A stretch of 63,420 bases of DNA, counting the filler. It is 13 parts of 13 records of this genome, joined end to end, with 100 filler letters (N's around TTAATTAATTAA, not from the genome) between each part and the next. Parts side by side here need not be neighbours in the genome. Positions count along the whole stretch, not along the records: positions 9,066 to 17,613 come from SRR7504441_18979; positions 17,714 to 21,801 come from SRR7504441_18984; positions 21,902 to 26,876 come from SRR7504441_19000; 10 more parts are not named here. One strand, 5' to 3'. Positions 12,001 through 21,912 of the stretch are shown here, one piece after another (the first letter of the stretch is position 1; each line of letters begins with the position of its first letter). A model generated the notes under the pieces. That model searched no databases. It was not told the DNA's origin and saw nothing but the letters and a program-made list of their open reading frames with translations. Made by a program: the position numbers and the translations under genes.

Positions 12001-13586
12001 AATTGCAGCAAAAACAGCAAAGAACATCTGTGAACAGCAATCAGGTTGAGCACTGGCGTGTTCTTCGACAACTTAGACTTGAGGCCGAGGGTACGTTAAT
12101 ACCTTGCTCCATCTGTCAAGAGCCCTTGACGCCACATCCTGAATACGGCCGACCTCATACGCTCCCATGCCAACACAAGTTTCATCATAAGTGTATTCGA
12201 GGGTGGATTGAAGTTGGCGATCGGACGTGTCCTTTGTGCAAGGCCCACATCTCACGAGCAAGACATCAATCAACACACAAAGCTGATGCCGACTTAGAAA
12301 ATAGTCAATCAAAGGCTGCAGCCCTTTGTTCACGTCTTCAAGACGACGAAAACGCTGCATTTGCCGCCATGTCGCTTTCTCAAAGGGCAACAGAATTGGC
12401 AACGCTGAAGTTACCCGAAAGGCCAGCAGTACTAGCTGCGATTTCGCCTCAGGAGAGGGGGGAGACACTCGCAGCCATGCTACCAGATGACCGGCGGAGA
12501 ACTCTGGAAGCAATGCCGCAAACTGACCGGATGGAGGCAGAAGCAACACTGCAAAGCTTACAGCCTACAATGAGGAGCATTGCGCAGATTCCAGCGCGTT
12601 CAACACGACAGTCGAAGGTCGATAAGTCCAAGGTCGACAAGATAAATGCATCCTACGCAGACAGGCATCAGACGAATCAAGAAACAGCAAGAGCTTTCAT
12701 TGCTCGAAACCAGGATCTTTCTAACGAGATAAAACAAAGGCTGATGAAGCTGAATCTGAGCGATCAGCTGTCCGTAATTGATTCATACGAGCGGCAGGCC
12801 AGAGGTGCTTGCAATCCAGAACGTCTCGCCCGAGAGATTGAGTTTGTTGAGCGGCGGCATGTCGGTCTGAAGCCTTCCAGCCGGAATTGTTTAGTGAATA
12901 GGCAAGAGGTGAAGAGGCAAGAGGATGACGTGCAGGCTCAGGGCTTTAATCAAGCCTTACGGGAGAGTGTGGCATCGGCTTCTACTAGAGGCCGTGAGCG
13001 CAATGATAGCCAAGAGCAACCCATTGTTGCGCAGCAACCTGAGAAAGGACACAGTGCGTTGAACCCGGTTGCAAAGCATACTGCAAAACGGGCGTTGGAG
13101 TCCTGCACAAAAGAGTCTGAAAGTGGCTGCAAGAAGCAGAGATCTACTACAGATAATCGCGAGGCGTCAACACCAAGGCTTGTCCGCTGCAGCGCACATG
13201 TCCTTGAGCGACTCGGCGTACCGCCCGTCGCAGCAAAGGGTGCTGCAACTTCAAAATCTAAAGTGGATGCAAAGCCTACGGTACCCCAGTGTAGGTTCTT
13301 TGTTCAAGGATTTTGCAAGTACGGTGACCGATGCAAATTTGCACATGACTGGCTCGAAACCGAAGCTCAAGTGGTCTCAGTGCTCAGTCAAATTCTCAAT
13401 GAAAGGGATGCTGGCGTTCTGCTTTCGCAGCTTGCAGTCGCGCTGTATGAGCAAGTGCCTGATGCTAGAGAACTTATCAAATCATATGGAAGCCTCAACC
13501 AGATGTTACAAGCCCCATGCTTCTCCCGGCGATTCAATCTCGTGTACAATCAGGCGCGTACAAATTATGAGCTACGGCTAAAGTAG
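9066..13586 (+). CDS. Multidomain protein: UBA, AP2-like, SAM, Stc1-like Zn, poly-Pro, coiled coil, RING-H2, CCCH, LOTUS-like; 5' end may be partial
   Basis: Upstream exons splice through 3 introns into the 3.8-kb ORF 9789..13586. Motifs: LMQMGFDR..NVQNAV; SGFKGVY..YATAEEAA; LGLSHL..F..E..LS.DDM.DLGI; CxxC..FSNTQWKK..CxxC; CSIC..CQHKFH..C..CPLC; CRFFVQGFCKYGDRCKFAH. Confidence 0.8.
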
Positions 13587-13918
13587 CCCGTGAGTCCACC
13601 TCGATCTCTTAGAGGCTCCCGGTAGAGGCTCCCGGATGAGCAGACGCGTGGTGCTGCGTCCGAGCTGCGGCAGTCCGAATACGGCTGCGAGCTAACCAGT
13701 CTGGTTCGCCGGTGGTCGGCCAAGCATGCGCGTTATCAACATGTCCGAGTACATGTTGTCTATTATGCCGTAGCCATGCCGGCAATCCACCGCATGGAAG
13801 TGTCGGTGGTACCGACTTAGATGCATGGTGGCTACATGATACAATGAATCTTTAGTTAGTAGACGTGAACTCAATCTATTACGTGTATTCTAGAGCGTTA
13901 CCGATTATCACACGATGC

Positions 13919-15163
13919 CTATCTTTCGTCATCTGATTGCCTCTTCTCTGGGGGAATGCTTCCATTGAGCCGCTCGATCAATTTATCGTCTCTCGGGTCA
14001 GCTGCCTCGGCCGGATCCTTCTGGAACCATTCGAGCCCTTGAAACCAGAGCACTTGATTCCCGAGCGAGGTCCAGCCTGCCCGCCCACTCCTGCCCCGCC
14101 CAGCTTGCACCCACCTGAATGCAACTCCCTGGCAAACAGCTCCAGCCCTTCAGCCCCCGCCAGGGGCCGGGGGAGCAGTCTCCTCAGCACCCCCCCGAGG
14201 AACGGCTTGCGCGAGTGCACGTCAGGCGGGCTAGCCAGCACATACTCGTCCGGCAGTGGCGGCCCGTCCAGCCCGGGCATCCGGCCCACCTATCCAGCCC
14301 TCGATTCGGTTGGCAATCGAGCCCACCAGAAGCTGTTCGAACGGCTTCTTGTGATTCGTGTCGAGCGGCGCCACAGGCTCACCGCTGCTAGTGAGTTTAA
14401 GCCAGAGCCAGCGGACCACCCCGGCGGCGGGCACCCCCCAATGTGGCATGAGCACAGTGCGGGTCCACTCGACCAGCTCTCGGTTGTTGGTCACCTATGT
14501 TGCCACATATATCAGCACGGCAGCAGCCAGCCGGCCCACCCATACTGCCAGCAGCCCGCCTGGTGAGAGCCGGACCGACCGGACCCCGAGCAGCCGTTCC
14601 TTGGGCAGGGTGGCGTAGTGCTTGCCCCGGCTCTTGCTCGGCCAGGCCGGGTCGCAGACCACCAGTCCGAACCCGGCCCCGCTCAGATCGATAGCTGGCC
14701 CGAACCGGGCCAGATCCCCGAGCAGGAACCGACTCCGGGCCGGCAGCACTGCGGTGCGACCAGCCACGTCCAGCAGCTGTTGCTCCGTGGCGGTCACCAG
14801 ATCGCCGGCCAGCCCGCGGCCCGCCGCCAGCTCCTCCGCCCGCACCGCCCGCACCGGCCCATCTGATGCGCCGCAACCGGGGTCGAGCCCCTCGGGCGGT
14901 GGGCCACTGGGCAGCCCGAGCGCACACGGCTGGCCGTCTGTGAGCATGAGCAGCGCCAGGGCGAGACGCTGGACCAGCCCGGGCTCGGTGGCGTCCGGGT
15001 GTGATTGGCCACGCTTGCGCTTGCGGGGGGCGGGGGAGGCCCGGGTGTAGGGCTCGGCCAGGCTGAAGCTGCCAGGGCGGGCGCGCAGGCCGTGCAGCTC
15101 AGCCGCGATCAGCTCAGCCGGGGCCATCAGCACGCCAACCCCGGGCACTGCTCGCTCCGGCAT
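13919..15163 (-). CDS. METTL4: MT-A70 family N6-adenine methyltransferase, METTL4-like, at least 3 introns
   Basis: LVVCDPAWPSKS, LLAVW|VTNN, WLWLKLTSSGEPV..L...HKKPFEQLL, HSRKP, LELFAREL..GWTSLGNQVL.FQ. The WVTN and KKP(F/Y)E motifs are typical of the METTL4 clade. Confidence 0.85.
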
Positions 15164-15250
15164 CCCCCTCGATAACGGACATCTGGACAGGCACCGTTCA
15201 CAAGATGGACGGCCGCTGGCAGCTCGTGATGTAGTGGGGCTGGGCCGACG

Positions 15251-17151
15251 ATGTGGGTGGACTTCGACGAGCTGGACCAGGTCGAGGCCGAGGCCGAGGC
15301 CGAGGCGTTTGCTGCAATCCGGCGCGTCTGTGTAATGTCCGACATTCATACCGAGTCCAAGGCAAACATGGGTGCCGGCCGGCTGGGCGCTCGCTCAACA
15401 CTGGGGTCAGAATGGGTAGAGGCGCTCCCCAAGGCGCCCGACATGGCCTGCGTTGTGGTACCCCCCGTGCTGGGCCGGCCGCAAGCTGCGGCAGGCGGGG
15501 GACGTCGCCAGCGACCTCTCAAAAATTGAGCAGACGCTCGCGCTGCTGTGCGACCGGTTTGCCCTGGTGCTGTTCGTACCGGGCAACCACGAGCTGTGGG
15601 TGCGGGGGACCGGGGACCCGGACGCGCCAACAGAATCGCTCGACAAGCTGGACAGGATCTTCAAGCTGTGCGCCCGGGTCGGAGTTCGGACCATGCCCGT
15701 CCGGCTCCAGCTCCCGGGCAACCGGGGCCTCTGGCTGGTCCCGGTGCTCTCGTGGTACTCGAGCCAATTCGACACCGAACCGGCGCTGGACACGCGGTGG
15801 GGCGACATTCCACCGGCCTCGGAAGTGATGAATGACTTCTCGATCTGCTCTTGGCCGAAAGCGCTCGATCCGAACTTGGACGGAGGATCCGGACTGGCGA
15901 ACTACATGGCTGAGCTGAACCAATCCCGATGGAACGATCCAGCCGAGTGGCCGGAGCCGAACAGCCAGGAGGCGTTCCTGCGCCGACTGGCACAACAAGG
16001 ACCGACGCGGCCTGATGACGAGCTGATGCTGAGCTTCTCACACTTCCTCCCGCGACTGGAACTGATGCCAGAGCGTCGGTATTTATATTATCCCAGGCTG
16101 GCCGAGGCGGTGGGATCGGGCGAGCTGGGCGCTCTTGTGAGCCAACTCCGGCCGGATATGCATGTGTTTGGGCACACGCACTTTGGATGGGACCAGACAC
16201 TAGCCGACGGCGTCCGCTACTTGTCCGCCCCACTCTCGATGCCCGAGGAGAGGAAAAAGCGGTGCGTCCCACTCTGAATGCGGGAGGTGCGACTCAGGGC
16301 AGGCTGACTACGGTGGCGTGTGGGGAGTTTCCGCATCCAGCGGGTGGCGAGCAAGAAGCGAGTCCACTGACTGTGCGAGCGGCTGTGTGCAGGCTGACGC
16401 GGCAGGCAGGTGTTCGAGGGGGGCGAGTTTGTGCCGACCATGATGGCGGGATGGAGCGGGTTCTACCAAACGTCTGTGCGCAATTGGAGTGTTTGATCAC
16501 GGGGACAGGTACGAACGAGACCCGTCTCAGGTGACAACGGTCCCAGACTACGTGGCAGCAAAGCTTAAGTGGCGAGGGAGCACAGAGCCTCCGATCGGGT
16601 GGGAGGGCAAGAGCCCGGCCTGGTCCTTCGGTCCGGAGTGGGCTCTGAAGCCTGGCGGCGAGGAAGTAGAACGGCTGAATCAGCAATTAGCTCAAACCTC
16701 GTTTGTACGCGACACATGGCAAGACACTTGCTATTATACGGCCAAGCTTTTCGGCACTGGGGAAGAGCCGGCCGGCCGGCATCATACACTGAAGAAGAGC
16801 CTGCCGGCCGGTCCAATCAAGCCTGGCACGGCACGTGTGTCTGACACAGGTCTGCCACAAGGCTCTACCTCGGGGCCGCGTAAACGCTCATCACGTGGCT
16901 CACGTGATGAAGGGCTCATCACCTTGACTGCGGCTGGCAATGACGGGGAAAAGGAGGACCGGTTTAGCCTTCCCGAGAAGCTAACAGACAAGCAGTGCAA
17001 GGCTGCTTTCATAGAGCTCCTTAGCGAAGATCCAGACCCGCAGGGCATGTTCATGTACAGACGCGCGATAGAAGCAATCAAGGAAGCAAGAACCCGGAAA
17101 GCCAAATCAGCCAATCAGACTCCGTTCTCGGGCAATCCGGATTCTGGCTGA
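15251..17151 (+). CDS. Calcineurin-like metallophosphoesterase, PptH-like, 5 introns
   Basis: SDIH, AGDV, FVPGNHELW, PVLSWY, FSHFLPRLEL, HVFGHTHFGWD and GVRYLSAPL motifs; short introns join it to ORF 16489..17151. Confidence 0.85.
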
Positions 17152-17713
17152 ATGGAGTCTGATAGTCGTGAGTCTGACGTGCTCATTGAGTGTAGACTAT
17201 AAGGGGGAGCTGGTTTGGGTGCGCCATCCGCATGCTAAGGCGTTGTATATTAAATTAATTAATCGATTGATATTAACTACATTCAGGCATCCAACAATGG
17301 GAGGAACTGGACCAGTTGGACGGTAGACCAGCCGGCAGTGGAGTGGGAGGGGAGATGGGGGATGCTGGGACATGTTCCGAAGAAAGCAATGGAGCGCTTG
17401 GTGCAGAGAGGCCTTTAATACTGAGACTAGGGCTGCGAGATTGATAGCCGGCGTCAATCCAGGATGCGGCAGTCAACGGCTCCTGGCACATAATTATGGG
17501 AGGCCCGCAACAGCATAGTGAGGAGGAACGAGAAAAGCAAGGGCATCTCAAAGATATGGGAGAGGCCAAAGCCCAGGGAGGGCACGCCGAGTAAGCGGGA
17601 ACGAGACCCGCAANNNNNNNNNNNNNNNNNNNNNNNNNNNNNNNNNNNNNNNNNNNNTTAATTAATTAANNNNNNNNNNNNNNNNNNNNNNNNNNNNNNN
17701 NNNNNNNNNNNNN

Positions 17714-19362
17714 CCCATCCCAACGAACCATGACAAATCCCGTGTGGCCTTCTGCTGCTCGCTTGCATGCTCCACGAGATCCTGCAACAGCTGCATGACC
17801 ACTGGCATGCCGCCTTCGCCGAGACACCATACCAGCAGTTTGATGGTCATCAATTCGATGCAGAGCTGCTCATGTTGCTCGCCATGGTAGAGGTGCCATA
17901 GTCGGTCCCAGCAAGAAGCATCCAGTTTGTCTACAAAGGCTGAATGAAGCGAGCTGGAATCAGGCGAATCGAGGTAAAAGAAGAGGGTGGCATTCGAAAA
18001 CACTGGAGAGTGTGGGAGCAGTTGCTCTGTACCACACCGTCGGGACAGAGCCAGTACAATATCAAGCAACAGAATTCCGTGAGCTTCACGCAGCTCGAGC
18101 CCCCCGGCGCCACACGCTTGTATCATGGACAAGGATCCCAGCAGCACGCCAGCTTTGATAAATACGCGCACCCAGCTCTTCACCAGCCCTGGACTCCCCC
18201 GCACAGCTGCATTCTCAATCAACTCTGAGCCTACAACGCTCAAACTGGTAATCCCCTCTCTGCATATGGCGAGCCGGCACAGCGCATTCCTCAGACCTTG
18301 CCGGCAGTGCTGAGGGAGCCATTTCTCAAGGCCATGTGAGTGAAGCCCCCACAGCGGCGTGGCTCTCACCAGTGTGTGTTCTGCCACCTTCAGCACACGG
18401 TCACACTGCAGCTCTGGCATCAGCCCGTCCAAACTCAAATTGTTCACCATCTCAGCCGCAACACCTGGCTCCTCGGCAGCAGCCCCACTCGCTGCTGCCT
18501 CCGCCACTTTTGTTAGCTCCGACTGCACTTGGGCCTGAAGGGTCTCCAGCCTTTCACGCTGCGCTGTGCTGAGTGCTGGCTGCTCCAGCGCTGCACCAGT
18601 CTTGCGGGCCACTGCTTCCAGCTTCCGTCGGCTCGCTGTGGCCGCATCCAGCGCGCGGAGCACCTGGGCACACTCGCGAGGCCGTCGCTTGGCTGCCATC
18701 CACCTGACCGCCCGCCACTTGCTAATCTTGCCCTCAGGAAGCGCTCGAACGTGCATCGCCGGCCATCGCGTCAGCCGGCTCAGCCAGTCAGCGGCAGGCT
18801 GTGCCGGTGCCGCCGAGTCGATCCGTGCCCACCCGAGCTTCTCGAGCGCCGCAGCCTCGGCCGGCTCGTGCACCGAAACGGCCAGCTCGAGCTCTCCGTG
18901 CGGGGTGGCGGCCGCCGCTGCCTGGACCAGCCAGTCCCGCGGACTCAGCCGGTCGAAGCCAGCGATGGCCACCACGTGCCGGGTTGGGGCGCCCCACAAG
19001 CCCCCGAGCGCGGCCGCGCAGTCGTCCAGGGCTCCCAACTCGAGCCGTCCGCTGGCCAGAGCCAACCGGGCTGCGAGCACTGGCCCTGAACCGGCCCACG
19101 GGCAGAGGCCGGCCAGGTGCACCAGCCCGGCCCGGCGGTGCGCCCAGCAGGCCAGCTGCTGGTCGGCCCCGGGCCCCACGAGCACCACCGGCACCGCCCG
19201 GGCCACGGGCACCGCCGACAGGTGCCGGGGCAGCCCGCACCGGGCGAAGTGAGCCTCGAGCGCCGAGCCCAACGGCAGGCCCTCCGCGGTGCAGGCCACT
19301 GGCTGGCCCGACCGCAGCAGCTCCTGCACCGCCCTGCGCTGCAGCCGGGTGTGGAGCTCCAT
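17714..19362 (-). CDS. Hypothetical protein, 3'-truncated by contig end
   Basis: Long ORF with first ATG at 19362 (MELHTRLQ), head-to-head with the gene at 19444. Confidence 0.65.
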
Positions 19363-19443
19363 GCAGCGCGTCTTCGATTTTCGGTTTTTGCTGCTCGATT
19401 TTCGGTTTGACTGCAATGTCCTTGGATTGATCGAGTCGCGGGG

Positions 19444-21801
19444 ATGCCATCAGCCAAGCCCGAGTCGCTCAAGGCGGCCGAGCAGCTGGGCGACAGCTAC
19501 AAGGTGCCAGCCCACGCCACCACCCGCCCACTCCACCGCCCGCCCACCCGCCGGCGCAGGCCGCCTATGAAGAGATCGCCAACCTGCGCCGCACCCTCAA
19601 CCGGGGCGGCACTCCGGCGGATTCCCGGGCCGAAGCCGGACTGGAGCCGGCCGGGGGGGCGGAGCCGGTGGATGCGGAGCAGCGGGTGGCGCACTTTAAG
19701 GAGATGCTCGCAGACAGGAGGGCGGCGGCGCTCGCCGCATTCTCGGCTGAGGAGGAGGGGGACCGAGTAGAGAAGCTCAAGGTGCGGTCGCCGGGGGTGC
19801 GGGCCGAGGGCGGTGCAGGCGATGCTGGCCGAGTGCCAGGCGCCACCGCCGCGCTCGCAGGAGCTCTCGCCGACCATCGCAAGCAACGCGGACCGGGCGA
19901 TCGAGAGGGCGGAGGGCGCACCGGCCAAGCAGCCGGCCCACCAGAAGAAGAGTGTTTTCGATAAGCTGATGGACGCCGGGAAGCAGACCCGGGCCAAGAT
20001 CGACATGCAGCGCCAGAAGCAGCACGAGGCCGAGACTCAACCTCTCCGGGTGCGCCCTGCTGCCCTGCTGGGCTGATCGGAATGCACAGCTGAACAAAAG
20101 CTCTTACAGCAAGGTTAGCGACGTCGACGTGGCCGAGCGGCTGCAGCGGGCCAACGCGGAGGCGCAGCTCCGGCTGGAACAGGCCCGCAAGGCTAAGAAC
20201 ATAGAGGAGCGCAACCAGTGTCGGGTGTGTCACCCCCGCGCGGAGGGGTGCGACTGGGGGAGCAGGCGCCCAAGATATCGAAGAAAGCTAAAGGCCTCGG
20301 GCCTCGGGGCGACGTGGGCGAGCGGCTGATGGAGTACGGCAAGCAGCGGGCGGTGGGCTGCCAGCGGCAGTTGGTGGCTCAGTGGAGGGGCACAGCTCAA
20401 GAAAGAGGCCCAGGCAGAGGAACAGCGGAACCAAGTGGAGGCCGAGAGCGTTGGCCAGCCCGTGATCAACGAGAAGAGCCAACGGCTCGACCGGAACGTG
20501 GAGATGTACTTCGCGTGGGAGGTCGGGGTCGGGAGCCGTGCGGTGGCCGAGCGAGGGGTCAGGCTCGGAAGAAACTCCGACTGCAGCAGCAGCAGGAGCG
20601 GCAGCAGGCTGAGGAGATGCGCGAGGTCAAGGCCGGGCCGACCATCTCGCGTAACTCGGCCCGGATCGTGAAGAACATGAACCGGGCCTCGAGGATAGAA
20701 GAACAGCTGCTCGCCCAGGCGCGCTCGCCTCTGGCTCATGTGGCGAGCTCGGGTGCAGGGCCAGATGCGTTCGATCAAAAAGAAGCAGGAGCGAGAGTCC
20801 AAGGAGCAGATAGATAGAGCCAGTCGCACGCCCAAGATTTCGGTGCACTCTGCTGCTCTCGAGAGGCCTGGTGCGCCCTGAGTCGAGGGTCCGGGATGAT
20901 CGTGCTGCAGGGAACGTGTGCGACCGACTGTACATGCTGGCGCAAGAGAAACAGGAGCGGACCGGCGGGCGGGGCAAGAAGCCGGAGGACGAGGCCCGTC
21001 AGCCCAGGATCAACTCCAAGTCTCGGCTGATGGTGCGCGCTCCGAGTAGCTCCGGGATTGATGGGATTGGGCAGGCCAAGCAGCGGCCGCGGGAGAAAGT
21101 TGAGGATCGGCTGCTAGCCACTGGGCACAAGTACCGGCAGAAGGCGGACGCGCGAGCCAAGGCAGTTAAGAGCCACGAAGTGTGTGCGCGCAGGCCAAAG
21201 GTTGGGCCATACAGTCAGCTGCTCGTGGAGTTGATGGAGAAGAGAACCGGATCAACCGCGGCACAGCGGCTGCAGCAGCCCACTCGGCAGCTCAAGCGGT
21301 CGACGCTGCAGGACCTGGAGGAGGAAGAGATGAACCTCACTTTCCACCCTCAACTCAACCACAACTCTAGGGAGATTGACGAGTATAACAATGCCGGGTA
21401 CACAGAGGAGAATCGAAGGGATTTGCTGTTCCAGCGGGCAGACGAGTATGAGTACCGGCGGGCCCGGCGGCAGGAGCAGCTGATGCGGCAGGAAATGGAG
21501 GAGTGCACCTTCAACCCGGAGATCCCGGAGGCTAACAGGCGTCAGAGGTCCGGACAAGCCAAGCTCGAGGAGGAGGACGGGTTCATCCAGCGGAATCTCA
21601 AATGGATCCGGCAACGCGATCGGCAGCGCGAGGCTTCGCGGCACAGCGCCCAGCGCAAGGCGATGCAGGAGTGCTCATTCACTCCGAACATCAAGTCCGA
21701 CAAGCCGCCGCGGATGGAAAGGCCCGCGACCGCTGGAGCAGTGCAGCGGTCAGGTGCTCTCCACTGGGAGAACGAGGAGGACGAGGAGGACGAGGAGGAT
21801 G
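19444..21801 (+). CDS. Charged helical protein with (EC)TFxP(x)I(N/S) repeats, probable microtubule or ciliary protein; about 8 introns; 3'-truncated
   Basis: Repeats PKISKKA, PVINEKS, PTISRNS, PRINSKS, LTFHPQLN, ECTFNPEI, ECSFTPNI interleaved with V.(D/E)RL; continuous frame after removing 37-56-nt introns. Confidence 0.75.
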
Positions 21802-21912
21802 NNNNNNNNNNNNNNNNNNNNNNNNNNNNNNNNNNNNNNNNNNNNTTAATTAATTAANNNNNNNNNNNNNNNNNNNNNNNNNNNNNNNNNNNNNNNNNNN
21901 NATCTGGTTTAT

